In this document: in pieces, positions 10,122-20,600 of the stretch
Layout of the letters: each line of letters starts with the position of its first letter
Numbering within the stretch: position 1 is the first letter of the stretch
NCBI GenBank assembly: GCA_045627425.1
Contig: JAZQNS010000008.1
Location: forward strand, 5,775-69,774
Direction of reading: 5' to 3'
DNA from: Lachnospiraceae bacterium
GTDB taxonomy: Bacteria > Bacillota > Clostridia > Lachnospirales > Lachnospiraceae
Length of the DNA stretch: 64,000 nucleotides
Translations under genes and position numbers: made by a program
Notes under the pieces: generated by a model
The model's database searches: none
What the model saw: the letters and a program-made list of their open reading frames with translations, nothing else
What the model was told of the DNA's origin: nothing

Positions 10122-11786
10122 CTAATTTACTTCCATAATAATTGGCATAATCATAGGCTTTCTCATGGTCTTCTTCCATACATAGTCACCAAGGGAATCC
10201 TTAATGCCGGATTTAATGGTATTCCAATCTGTAATGTTTCTGTCTTCCATATCCATTACAGTCTCGTTTAAAACAAGTGACGCCTCGTCAAGTAGGGACT
10301 CTGAGCCTCTGATGTAAACGAAGCCTCTTGAGATGATATCAGGGCCGGCAACTATTCTGCCTGTGCCTGCTTCAATACTGAGCACCACAATAATTATGCC
10401 GTCCTCTGCTAACTTCTGTCTGTCGCGAAGCACAATGTTACCAACATCACCAACTCCAAGTCCATCAACCAGAATGTCTCCGCAAGGAACTCTGTCAATA
10501 ACATCAGCAGAATCCTCATCGATGGCTAAAACCTCTCCAGTCTTTAGAATCTTCACATGACTGTTATCATATCCAAGTTCCTTAACCAGTGAGGAGTGAG
10601 CAACAAGGTGTCTGTATTCACCGTGAACTGGAATTGCATACTTAGGTCTAACCAGGGAGTAAATAAGCTTAATCTCCTCCTGGCAGGCATGTCCGGAAAC
10701 ATGAGTATCCTGGAAGATTACATCTGCACCGAGGGCATATAAATCATTCATAACTCTGGAAACAGCCTTCTCATTACCAGGGATTGGGTTAGATGAGAAA
10801 ATAACAAGATCTCCAGGTTTAATGGTAACCTTCTTGTGAATGTTGGCAGCCATTCTTGACAATGCCGCCATGGATTCACCCTGAGAACCTGTTGTGATAA
10901 TAACAGTATTCTCATCCTTATAGTCCTTAAGTCTGTCGATGTCCACAAGAGTATTATCAGGAATATTGATATAACCAAGTTCAGAGGCAGTGGCAATAAT
11001 GTTAACCATGGAACGTCCATCCACTACTACCTTTCTACCATTTCTGTATGCCGTATCAATAATCTGCTGAACTCTGTCTACATTGGAGGCAAAAGTAGCA
11101 ACAATAATTCTCTTGTCCGCATTTTCATTAAAGATTGAATCGAAGGTGCGTCCCACTGTCTTCTCAGACTGGGTGAAGCCAGGTCTCTCTGCATTGGTGG
11201 AATCGCACATAAGGGCCAATACTCCCTTTTTGCCTAATTCACCAAAACGCTGTAAGTCAATGGCATCTCCGAATACTGGTGTGTAATCAACCTTAAAGTC
11301 ACCAGTGTGAACAATAATTCCAGCTGGTGAGTAAATAGCAAGGGCTGCTGCATCCTGAATTGAGTGGTTGGTCTTAATAAACTCAACTCTGAATTCTCCC
11401 GCATTTATGGACTGGCCATACTTAACAACCTTGCGACGAATCTTCTTATCAAGGCCATGCTCCTCAAGCTTGTGGGTGATTAAGCCCTGGGTAAGCTTGG
11501 TTGCATAGACTGGTGCATTTATCTCTTTAAGCACATATGGTAAAGCTCCTATATGGTCCTCATGTCCGTGGGTAATAAAGAAGCCCTTCACCTTATCAAT
11601 GTTATTCTTTAAATATGTTACATCCGGAATTACCAAATCAATACCGTACATTTCATCTTCCGGGAATGAAAGTCCGCAATCCACTACAATAATACTGTCC
11701 TCGTACTCGAAGGCTGTTATATTCATTCCAATCTGGTTTAAACCGCCAAGAGGAATGATCTTTAATCTGTTGTCTTTCTTACGCAA
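10122..11786 (-). CDS. rnj: ribonuclease J
   Basis: The metallo-beta-lactamase motif HGHEDHIG is present, and the layout is beta-CASP plus a C-terminal domain over 554 aa. The start is TTG at 11786, preceded by GGAAGGTGG. Confidence 0.92.
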   Translation of the reverse strand: MRKKDNRLKIIPLGGLNQIGMNITAFEYEDSIIVVDCGLSFPEDEMYGIDLVIPDVTYLKNNIDKVKGFFITHGHEDHIGALPYVLKEINAPVYATKLTQGLITHKLEEHGLDKKIRRKVVKYGQSINAGEFRVEFIKTNHSIQDAAALAIYSPAGIIVHTGDFKVDYTPVFGDAIDLQRFGELGKKGVLALMCDSTNAERPGFTQSEKTVGRTFDSIFNENADKRIIVATFASNVDRVQQIIDTAYRNGRKVVVDGRSMVNIIATASELGYINIPDNTLVDIDRLKDYKDENTVIITTGSQGESMAALSRMAANIHKKVTIKPGDLVIFSSNPIPGNEKAVSRVMNDLYALGADVIFQDTHVSGHACQEEIKLIYSLVRPKYAIPVHGEYRHLVAHSSLVKELGYDNSHVKILKTGEVLAIDEDSADVIDRVPCGDILVDGLGVGDVGNIVLRDRQKLAEDGIIIVVLSIEAGTGRIVAGPDIISRGFVYIRGSESLLDEASLVLNETVMDMEDRNITDWNTIKSGIKDSLGDYVWKKTMRKPMIMPIIMEVN

Positions 11787-11800
11787 AAATCCACCTTCCT

Positions 11801-12073
11801 TTAGTCCTCGGTGGTAAGATCAATATCCGCGTCAGATAAAAGCTCAGCAAAAATATCTGTCAGAGCATCTATAAGCGCATCATCTTCCACCATCTCATAG
11901 ACAAGCTCCTCAGTTTCATCCACGTTAACCTGATGCATAATATAAGCCAGACTATCGTCATCTTCCTCTTCCGTAACTAACAGATAGTCCTGCCCATTAA
12001 ACTTGGTGGTTTCCACCACGAAAAACTCTAATTCCTCATCAAATTCAACGTCGTAAAAACTAATCTTCTCCAT
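11801..12073 (-). CDS. DUF1292 (YrzB-like) small acidic protein
   Basis: The 90-aa product is extremely acidic. It sits immediately downstream of ruvX, like B. subtilis yrzB. Confidence 0.7.
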   Translation of the reverse strand: MEKISFYDVEFDEELEFFVVETTKFNGQDYLLVTEEEDDDSLAYIMHQVNVDETEELVYEMVEDDALIDALTDIFAELLSDADIDLTTED

Positions 12074-12086
12074 GATAAATCATCCT

Positions 12087-12515
12087 TTAGTTATTATTCT
12101 TAAGTCGATCCAAAAATCCCTGGAGGATAAAGACAGCGGCAAGCTTATCCACATGCTGCTTTCTCTCCGCCCCATGAATCTCTGCATCGTTCATAGCCTT
12201 ATCAGCCATAACAGTTGTCAGTCTCTCATCGTATAAGTTGACAGTGAGACCAGTCCTGTCTTCTAACATCTTTTTGAACTCCAGGGTCTTCTCACATCTC
12301 TCCCCGTAAGTTCCATCCATATTTTTAGGGAAACCTAATACAATCTCCGTAACTTCGTATTCAGAAATCAGCTCCTCGATGCGGGCTAATGTCTTACGAA
12401 GTTTAGACTCTCTTTCTCTTCTGATAATCTCGACACCCTGAGCAGTCAGAAGTAATGGATCTGAAACTGCAACACCCACAGTTTTTGATCCAAAATCTAA
12501 TCCAATATAACGCAT
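12087..12515 (-). CDS. ruvX: YqgF/RuvX putative pre-16S rRNA nuclease (Holliday junction resolvase-like)
   Basis: The N-terminus [19 protein letters not shown] is present and the length is 142 aa. Synteny is ireB-ruvX. Confidence 0.9.
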   Translation of the reverse strand: MRYIGLDFGSKTVGVAVSDPLLLTAQGVEIIRRERESKLRKTLARIEELISEYEVTEIVLGFPKNMDGTYGERCEKTLEFKKMLEDRTGLTVNLYDERLTTVMADKAMNDAEIHGAERKQHVDKLAAVFILQGFLDRLKNNN

Positions 12516-12525
12516 ATTATTCCTT

Positions 12526-12783
12526 CTAGAACTTCTGGTCTAAATAAAACTTGAGTACTTCCTCTACAAGCTCATCACGCTCAACTCTCATTATGAGGCT
12601 GCGTGCTCCATTGTGACCTGTAATATAGGTTGGATCTCCGGACATGATATATCCAACAATCTGATTTACAGGGTTGTATCCCTTTTCCTTTAAAGCTGCA
12701 TAAACCTGGCTGATTACGTCAGATACTGGCAACTCCTTTTCTGTCTCTACTTTAAAATACTGAGTGTTATTTAAATCCTGCAT
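12526..12783 (-). CDS. ireB: IreB-family regulatory phosphoprotein (UPF0297, YrzL-like)
   Basis: The 85-aa ORF contains [19 protein letters not shown]. Its position upstream of ruvX fits. Confidence 0.8.
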   Translation of the reverse strand: MQDLNNTQYFKVETEKELPVSDVISQVYAALKEKGYNPVNQIVGYIMSGDPTYITGHNGARSLIMRVERDELVEEVLKFYLDQKF

Positions 12784-12836
12784 TTTTACACCTTCCCCAA
12801 ATTATGGCCTTATACTCTTACATTCTAATATAAATA

Positions 12837-12860
12837 GGGACAAATTTCAATATTTGCCCC
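12837..12860 (-). terminator. probable terminator after mtaB
   Basis: The minus-strand stem GGGGCAAAT/ATTTGTCCC has one G:U pair and is followed by TATTTATATT. Confidence 0.4.
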
Positions 12861-12873
12861 CTTTTACCCTATG

Positions 12874-14181
12874 TTAAAGCCTTGCAAGCAAGGTATCATC
12901 ATCAAGGAATTCTTCCACAAAAACACTTACTATCTTATTGGTTAAATCCATACCCTCCTGGCTTGGAACAGCCACTTTGACATAGTCCATTGTGTGTCCC
13001 ACGTAATAGATTTTGCCCTTAATAACATCTTCTTCCTCAAAGAGTATCTCCGCTGTCTTTCCAAGATAATACTCCCTGAAGCTTCTTCTTCTCTTCTCCT
13101 GATCAAGCTCCAAAATATGGCTTCTCAAGGCCTTGGTCTTGTCTGTGTGCTGATCCTTCATCTTGGCCGCAGGTGTGCCCTGTCTTATAGAGTATTTAAA
13201 GAGGTGAACCTCGTAGAGATTAATCTTCTCAAGATATTCCTTTGTGGTATTAAACTCTTCGTCAGTCTCTCCTGGGAAGCCCGTTATAACATCAGTTGTT
13301 ATTGCCCCGTGTGGATAATACTCCCTTATTAGGTTACACCTGTCAAAATACTCGTCGCAGGTATATCTTCTGTTCATGCGTTTAAGGGTTTCATCACAGC
13401 CACTCTGTAAAGACAGGTGGAAGTGCGGGCAAAATGAAGGAATCTTAGACACTCTCTCCATAAAGTCCTTAGTCACGATTCCAGGTTCAAGTGAGCCTAG
13501 CCTAATTCTCTCTATTCCCTCTATCTTAGAAACCGCTTCTATCAGTTCAATAAGCGAGCTGTCTATATCAATGCCATAGCTTGATAAGTGAATGCCGGTT
13601 AGAACAACCTCCTTGTATCCTCTCTCTGCGAGTGCCTTAATTTCATTAATACAGGAATCAAGCTCCCTGCTTCTCACTCTTCCTCTTGCATAGGGAATGA
13701 TGCAGTAGGTGCAGAACTGATTACAGCCATCCTGAACTTTGATAAAGGCTCTTGTATGCTCTGAAGTTTTTGGCAAAATCATGTCCTCAAAGTCCTTCTC
13801 ATGGGTTAAATCTCTATAGCCTAATACCTGGTCGCTTCCCTTAAAGAATTCATCTAAAAGGGGAATCAGTTTGTTTTTCTCATTATTGCCAATAATAATA
13901 TCTATGGACTCATCCTCTTTTGCCTTGTCAAGGCTTGTCTGAACATAGCAGCCCGCTGCGACAAGGCAGGCCTTAGGATTCCTCTGTTTTGCCTGATGTA
14001 TCATCTGACGTGACTTTCTGTCTGCAATGTTGGTAACTGAACAGGTATTAATCACATAGACATCTGCCTGCTCGTTAAAGGCTACAATCTTGTAGCCCGC
14101 TTCAGATAATAGTGACTGCATTGCATCTGTCTCATATGCGTTAACCTTACATCCTAGATTGTGTAATGCTGCTGTTCTCAT
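12874..14181 (-). CDS. mtaB: radical-SAM methylthiotransferase, MtaB-like (tRNA ms2t6A37)
   Basis: It has an N-terminal UPF0004 domain (HNLGCKVNAYE), the radical SAM motif CNQFCTYCIIPYARG and a C-terminal TRAM-like region. The length is 435 aa. Confidence 0.75.
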   Translation of the reverse strand: MRTAALHNLGCKVNAYETDAMQSLLSEAGYKIVAFNEQADVYVINTCSVTNIADRKSRQMIHQAKQRNPKACLVAAGCYVQTSLDKAKEDESIDIIIGNNEKNKLIPLLDEFFKGSDQVLGYRDLTHEKDFEDMILPKTSEHTRAFIKVQDGCNQFCTYCIIPYARGRVRSRELDSCINEIKALAERGYKEVVLTGIHLSSYGIDIDSSLIELIEAVSKIEGIERIRLGSLEPGIVTKDFMERVSKIPSFCPHFHLSLQSGCDETLKRMNRRYTCDEYFDRCNLIREYYPHGAITTDVITGFPGETDEEFNTTKEYLEKINLYEVHLFKYSIRQGTPAAKMKDQHTDKTKALRSHILELDQEKRRRSFREYYLGKTAEILFEEEDVIKGKIYYVGHTMDYVKVAVPSQEGMDLTNKIVSVFVEEFLDDDTLLARL

Positions 14182-14231
14182 TCTTCTCTCCAGTAAGTGA
14201 CAAATTATAGGTAATTACTTGCCTTATTTAA

Positions 14232-14260
14232 TTGACTTAAAAAGGCAAAAAGCATAAGAT
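14232..14260 (+). promoter_or_regulatory. candidate sigma-A promoter for the HPr-like gene
   Basis: TTGACT (14232-14237), a 17-nt spacer, then TAAGAT (14255-14260). It lies ~40 nt upstream of the RBS AGGAGG. Confidence 0.35.
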
Positions 14261-14302
14261 TATTGTATAAAAAATAAAACAATTCATATATAGGAGGCAA
14301 GT

Positions 14303-14542
14303 ATGAAAACAGTATCTATCACCTTAAATTCCATTGATAAGGTTAAAAACTTTGTTAACACTATTGCCCAGTTTGATTTCGATTTCGACCTGGTATCCGG
14401 CCGTTATGTTATTGATGCCAAGTCAATTATGGGTATCTTCAGTTTAGACCTTTCCAAACCAATTGACTTAACAGTTCACACAGACAAGGATATTGACTCC
14501 GTTATGGAAGCCTTAAAGCCTTATCTTACAGAAAACCAGTAA
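14303..14542 (+). CDS. HPr-family (PTS phosphocarrier-like) protein lacking the His15 site
   Basis: The 79-aa ORF keeps the HPr Ser46-region motif (AKSIMGIFSL). The G-I-H-A-R-P region is replaced by SIDKVKN. Confidence 0.65.
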   Translation: MKTVSITLNSIDKVKNFVNTIAQFDFDFDLVSGRYVIDAKSIMGIFSLDLSKPIDLTVHTDKDIDSVMEALKPYLTENQ

Positions 14543-14555
14543 TATATGAAACTTA

Positions 14556-14579
14556 AACGCCGACAATATTGTCGGCGTT
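14556..14579. terminator. bidirectional terminator (HPr-like gene and thiI)
   Basis: The perfect 12-bp palindrome aacgccgacaat/attgtcggcgtt is followed by atttttaag on the plus strand. Confidence 0.8.
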
Positions 14580-14590
14580 ATTTTTAAGTT

Positions 14591-15775
14591 TTATTTTGGT
14601 TCAACAATTATTGTCTCTGTGGTCTCAATGGCTGTCTTCATGAGTTCATCAATCTTGTCAGCAATCTTTCCCTCAGATCTGTGAATAATATTTAAGTTAG
14701 GCTTGGTGACAGGATGCTTTGCCACAAAAATGGTGCAGCAGTCCTCGTAAGGAAGAATAGATGTCTCAAAGGCATCTATCATCTCGGAAATCTTAATGAT
14801 CTCCTGCTTATCAAAGCCTATTAATGGGCGGTGTACGGGTATAGTGCAGACCTCATTTGTTGCCATTAAGGACTGCATGGTCTGGGAGGCAACCTGTCCT
14901 ATGGACTCGCCTGTTACAAGACCCATACAGTGAGATTCCTTGGCAAAATGCTCAGCTATCATCATCATGTAACGTCTCATAATAATGGTAAGCTCCTCAT
15001 GTGGACATTTCTCATAAATGTATAACTGAATGTCTGTGAAGTTAACAATATTAAGCTTAATGTTGCCAGAGTATCTCGCCACAATTGCTGCAAGATCTAT
15101 AACCTTCTGTTTTGCCCTCTCTGAGGTATATGGTGGTGCATGGAAGTAGGTTGCCTCAAGGGTAACTCCTCTCTTGGCAATCATATATCCTGCAACAGGT
15201 GAATCAATACCTCCTGACAAAAGAAGCATTGCCTTACCATTGGTGCCAACTGGCATTCCTCCTGGGCCAGGAATAATCTCTGTGTAAATATTTACCTTCT
15301 CACGGATTTCAACGTTTACATAGACTTCCGGGTCATGAACATCCACTGTTAAGTTGTCCATGTTCTCAAGCAGATACTCACCTAAATCCCTGCAGATTTC
15401 ATTGGAATTCTTTGGATAATTCTTTCTGGCACGACGGGCTACCACCTTAAAGGTTAATGGCTTGTCTCCGTAAACCTCCAAAAGATGCTTCTTAGTCTGT
15501 TCGCATAAGTCCTCAAAGCCATTGTCCTCAATTTGTAGTAAAGGACAGACTCCCACAATACCAAAGACCTTGGTCATAGCAGAAACCGCATGATCGTAGT
15601 CATAGTTTCCTTCACAGTCTACGTAGATTCGTCCCTGCTCCTTCCAAATGCTGAAGCTTCCATCAACTGGCTTTAAAGCAGCATTAAGATGGCTTACAAG
15701 GGCATCCTCAAAAAGGTGACGGTTCTTTCCCTTAACACCAATTTCTCCATATTTAATCAAAAATGACTGATACAT
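14591..15775 (-). CDS. thiI: tRNA 4-thiouridine(8) synthase ThiI (no rhodanese domain)
   Basis: A THUMP-type N-terminal half and the PP-loop SGGIDSPVAG are present. The length is 394 aa. Confidence 0.92.
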   Translation of the reverse strand: MYQSFLIKYGEIGVKGKNRHLFEDALVSHLNAALKPVDGSFSIWKEQGRIYVDCEGNYDYDHAVSAMTKVFGIVGVCPLLQIEDNGFEDLCEQTKKHLLEVYGDKPLTFKVVARRARKNYPKNSNEICRDLGEYLLENMDNLTVDVHDPEVYVNVEIREKVNIYTEIIPGPGGMPVGTNGKAMLLLSGGIDSPVAGYMIAKRGVTLEATYFHAPPYTSERAKQKVIDLAAIVARYSGNIKLNIVNFTDIQLYIYEKCPHEELTIIMRRYMMMIAEHFAKESHCMGLVTGESIGQVASQTMQSLMATNEVCTIPVHRPLIGFDKQEIIKISEMIDAFETSILPYEDCCTIFVAKHPVTKPNLNIIHRSEGKIADKIDELMKTAIETTETIIVEPK

Positions 15776-15777
15776 TT

Positions 15778-16932
15778 TTACCTCCTGATAAACCTGCGTA
15801 AACTAGGTATTAATTCTCTCATGGCCTCCAAACAGGCATGGATTTCTTCTATTTCGGTATCCTCACACATACTGATTCTCACAGTGGATTCAAGGCAGTC
15901 CTTTGGCAGCTTCATAGCCTTTAGGGTTTTAGAAACTGCTGGCTTGTTTGAGGAACAGGCAGAACCGGCTGACACATATATGCCCTTATCCTCAAGGGAG
16001 TGCAGTAAAACCTCCGCTCTTACCCCCGGCACAGACACTGAGATAATATGTGGTGCATTCTGATGATCAAGGTGACCGTTAATCTTGAGGCCCTCGATTT
16101 TAAGTGCCTCAGTAATAAAGTAATCTCTAAGCTTATATAGTTTTTCTATCTTTTCGTCAAAATTCTCGTAGGCTTCCTTGCAGGCCAGTCCCATGCCTGC
16201 CACACCAGGTACATTCTCTGTACCTGATCTTAGGCCATTCTGATGACCACCGCCATGGATTAGAGGCTTTAACTTGGTCTTATCCTTGACATAAAGGAAA
16301 GCCACGCCCTTTGGACCATGAATCTTATGGCCGGAAACTGCAAGCAAATCAATGTTCTGCTTTGATGGGTTGATTCTGTACTTGCCATATGCCTGAATTG
16401 CATCAACGTGGAAAAGGGTTTTAGGATTCTTCTCCTTAATGATTTTGCCTGCTTCCTCTATAGGCTCTACTGCTCCAACCTCGTTATTAACATACATAAT
16501 GGAAACAAGAATAGTGTCTTCCCTTATGGCATCTTTTAATTCATCAAGGGAAATAACTCCATACTCGTCTACATCGAGATAGGTAACCTCGTATCCTTCG
16601 GACTCAAGATAGGCCATGGTGGAAAGAACAGCCGCATGTTCAACCTTAGTAGTGATTATATGCTTTCCATCTCTCTGGTAAGCTTTGGCCACTCCTAGAA
16701 TCGCCAGATTGTCTGACTCTGTTCCACAAGAGGTAAAGAGAAGCTCCTTCTCCTGGCAGTGCAGTGTGGTGGCAATAGTCTTTTTTGCCTCCTTGATAAG
16801 GTTCTCAGCCTCCATTCCCATATTGTGAAGGGAAGAAGGGTTGCCGTAGTCCTTCTGCATTGCCTCCATTATTAATTTAAGCACATTGTCAGAGACCCTG
16901 GTAGTCGCTGAATTGTCTAAATAAATACCCAT
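15778..16932 (-). CDS. cysteine desulfurase (NifS/NifZ/IscS family)
   Basis: The PLP lysine motif SGHKIHGPKG and the catalytic Cys loop SAGSACSS are present. It is paired with thiI, like B. subtilis nifZ-thiI. Confidence 0.9.
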   Translation of the reverse strand: MGIYLDNSATTRVSDNVLKLIMEAMQKDYGNPSSLHNMGMEAENLIKEAKKTIATTLHCQEKELLFTSCGTESDNLAILGVAKAYQRDGKHIITTKVEHAAVLSTMAYLESEGYEVTYLDVDEYGVISLDELKDAIREDTILVSIMYVNNEVGAVEPIEEAGKIIKEKNPKTLFHVDAIQAYGKYRINPSKQNIDLLAVSGHKIHGPKGVAFLYVKDKTKLKPLIHGGGHQNGLRSGTENVPGVAGMGLACKEAYENFDEKIEKLYKLRDYFITEALKIEGLKINGHLDHQNAPHIISVSVPGVRAEVLLHSLEDKGIYVSAGSACSSNKPAVSKTLKAMKLPKDCLESTVRISMCEDTEIEEIHACLEAMRELIPSLRRFIRR

Positions 16933-16933
16933 T

Positions 16934-17671
16934 CTAATCTTCTTCCATCTGCATCATAAGAAGTGATGCCATCGTAATCGCAGCAGTTTCTGTTCTAAGT
17001 ATTCTGCGTCCTAAGCTTATTAGCTCCATTTCTTCCTTAACCAGATCGATTTCCTTGTTATCGAAACCGCCTTCCGGTCCAACAAAAACTCCTACACTGG
17101 TGTTTTTGCCTATTCTGGATAAAACCTCTTTCGTATAACTAATACCCTTCTGATTCTCATAAGGCACAAGGTTTATTCCGTTATTCTCTGCATCCTTAAC
17201 AGCTTCCTTAAAGGACATTACAGGGTGTACAGTTGGTATGACAGATCTTTTAGACTGCTTTGCCGCAGCCTCAGCAATGGCCTGCCAGCGCATAACCTTG
17301 CTCTCCGCTTTTTTGTCATCTAATTTCACAACGGAATTCTTCATTCTGACAGGAACAATATCTGTAACTCCAAGCTCCGTGCACTTCTGAATAATGAGCT
17401 CAAGCTTGTCAGACTTAGGCAGTCCCTGGTAGAGAATTATTCTACCGGAAAGCTCTGTGGAATCCATCTCAGAAAGCACCTTCCCAAGCCCGGCCTCCTC
17501 ACTGTAGCCTTCCACCTGACATAAGTAATTCTTTCCATCAGGGAGTGAAACTCTAAACTTCTCACCGAGTTTCAATCTTACCACATTTTTCATATGATTC
17601 AAGTCTGAACCAGTAATTTCAACATAATCTCCCTTAAAGGAGCTGTCTTCTACAAAAAACTGAAACATCAA
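16934..17671 (-). CDS. rsmE: 16S rRNA (uracil1498-N3)-methyltransferase RsmE
   Basis: The 245-aa ORF has a PUA-like N-terminus and a SPOUT C-terminus (GPEGGF, LGRRILRTETA). Confidence 0.88.
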   Translation of the reverse strand: MMFQFFVEDSSFKGDYVEITGSDLNHMKNVVRLKLGEKFRVSLPDGKNYLCQVEGYSEEAGLGKVLSEMDSTELSGRIILYQGLPKSDKLELIIQKCTELGVTDIVPVRMKNSVVKLDDKKAESKVMRWQAIAEAAAKQSKRSVIPTVHPVMSFKEAVKDAENNGINLVPYENQKGISYTKEVLSRIGKNTSVGVFVGPEGGFDNKEIDLVKEEMELISLGRRILRTETAAITMASLLMMQMEED

Positions 17672-20600
17672 TCAAGGTCTCCTAATCCCACCTTCTGAAT
17701 ATTAAAGGTACATGATCCAATTTCGCTGGTTGGCAATTCCACGCCATCTATGCTGCCTCCGGCAATAACATAAATCGTGAACTCGTCGTATTTTGCATTG
17801 TTAAACTGATTAAGATCCAGATTAAAGGTATAAACAAGTCCTGAATTCAAATTCTCCTGTCTTCCCTTTTTGCCTACGGCATCCTTTAAGAGTATTCCAT
17901 ATACTCCTGAGCCAGGGATTATTTCTACAGCTCCCTTTTCATTCTTATTTGCAGCAATGTAGAACTCTGCCCAAAATACCTTTTTGCCTGTGTTATAGTT
18001 GTTATCCTGAATCTTATAATACAGGGTCTCCGTACCTGAGAATACATCAATAGGGTTCTCCTGACCATAGGATTCGTCATATGATACATAGAGTGTCTTT
18101 AGAGCAATTGACGCTGTCGCTTCCTCAGAAACAGTTATTCCCGGAGCCTTATTACCAACCGAGTAAGCCGCTATCATTGTGTTAATATAGAGCTTAAACT
18201 CAAACTCTGTATTGATAGCAGAATGGCCTACACCTGAATAAGTAATATTTCCCTTAGTGTAGATATAGTAATTGTTTCTTACATCCTTTACAGCCCTGTC
18301 ATATTCACCTGTAGCAAGGGTGTACCAGACAACTATGTCTGACATACCATCAAGATCCTCGTCCTCATTTAAATCAAGCTGATAGTACTGAGCGTGGGTC
18401 TCTGAAACTGACTGTAAAGAATCCGAATCAATATCGTATGGATATGATGTAATCTGACCTGAATTAACCTGGGCTACTGAAGTAACATTGGTAGTAGCGT
18501 TAGTATGGTAGTACTTATTATAGGTATTAGACTTAATCGACTGATTATTTAAGTCAATTGTGGTAAATCCCTGCTGCTGTTTAACAATTACAGACTTGCC
18601 GCTCTTAGGTTCATAAGCCAGGTCCTTACTATTACTATCTGCAAATGACTGGGCAGTAGCATAGTCAGCAGAATTCTGGTTAATTATACTACCCTTCTTT
18701 AACACATTAGTTCCGATACCCTTTGCTGAATACTCAAGGTTACTGTTATTTAAAGTAATTCCATATCTGTCCATTCCGGAACAGTCTCTAATTAAACAGT
18801 TAAAATAATAACCCCAGTGATTGCTCTGGTAATTACAAAATGAAGTATTATCGTGGGTAAAAAGAACAGAATTTCCTTTCTCAGCATATGCTGCAAAGGC
18901 ATAAACCGCCTTCTTCACAGTATCGTTACTGTCTTTTCCAAGCTGATACATGTCATCAAATCCTGAAATCAGCATATCGTAGCCTTCAAGGAATTTAAGT
19001 CCTGGTACCTCCGCCTTACTGTCACTCTGAACAATGCCAAGATAATCAGCTGCCGAAATCGAATTAATCTTCAGCTTGAAATCAGCAATCTCAGCAACAA
19101 CATAGGTTTGGTTGCTCTTATCTATTCTGTCGAAATATCCTGAAAAAGCGCCGTTATTTCTCAGTTCGCTTTCCATATCAAAGTTATTGTTTCTTGAGGA
19201 CATAACCTGAATAATGGAAACTTCCTGAAGATCATCACCGGCATCAATATGACCATAACCAACAGCAGAATCATAACGGTTCTCATTACCTGTATTCTGT
19301 GTTATTAGTATCTTCCAAGGAATAATACCAAATACCTCATCAGCAATTTTGTAGCTCAAGGTATAGTTTACACCTGTAGAAAGGACAAAATGATAGCCAT
19401 CGCCTGTCTTATCCTTTACCGGTGAAAGAAGCTTACCATTTCCTACTAATAGAACATCATTGTCCCCAACAACTTCTCCTGTAGACGAGAACTTACCATC
19501 AGAATTGATATCTAAGAGTAAATCGACATCATAAGTAATAGACTCATCACCAGCTCCGGGATTGGTAAGTATAAAATCAATACTAAGCTTGTGATTATCC
19601 ACCTCCATGTAGTTTTCCCCTGCTACATTCTGACTTAGAATTGTAATTTCAGGAACTGTTGTCTGCACATAGGTATATAATTCACCAATCTTAGGTCCCG
19701 CTTCCTTTTCGCTAACATTTTTTACCATGGACAGGGCAAAAACAGATTTCTCATTTAAGAGGGTGGAAACAAGTCTGTACATATTGGAACAGTTGTCAAC
19801 GGTATTAGTATTTACAAGACCACTGTCAGTCAGGCTGTCAGCAACAACCACTGGGAATCCTGCTCCAACATACTTTTCAATAGCAAGAAGCTTCTCATCA
19901 GTAATATCATTTCCCGAGTATCTATAGGTCTGATAGCCAGAGAGATATTTGTCGTTTGTTGAAGTATTTCGGCTGTATTTCTGTAAGGAATTGTAACGAC
20001 TTCTGGTCATACCATATCGTTTAGAAGTCCATCCAATACCCCATCTGTTACCTACCTTGTATTCAATGTAATAGTAGTCCCCGCTCTTATAGGTAAATGC
20101 AGTCCTGTACTGGCTAATTATCTGCTGATAGACACTCTCTGTCTGACCTTCTTCATAGAGATAGTAAATATCATCTGAAGCCTTGCAGGTATAGTACTTT
20201 CCATCTAAATAGATGTATTCGCCCTTATTATCCTTAACATACTTATTTGTGTCAGTGTTGGATCTCTGTGTGAGGCTTCCGGTTACAGTCTTTCTTCCTA
20301 ACCAGTCTGTCTGATAGTCAGTATCAAGTAAGCCTGCGTGATACAATGGATCTCCTGAAGTGTTTATTACAATAATATCTCCTACATTTGAGTAGATTAG
20401 TCCGTCCATGTTAGGATCATTATAGACAGTTTTCCCATTGCTATCCTTATTGAAGGCAGAGGTATTATCTCCAAAGTAAATCATGTCATAGTTACTAAGG
20501 TCCTCTATTCTTCCGTTTAACTCAGCTGTAGACACTGTTGTGACAGTTATGCTCTTTACTTCGTATCCAGCTGTGGAGAACCATTTTGCCACGGCTTCTT

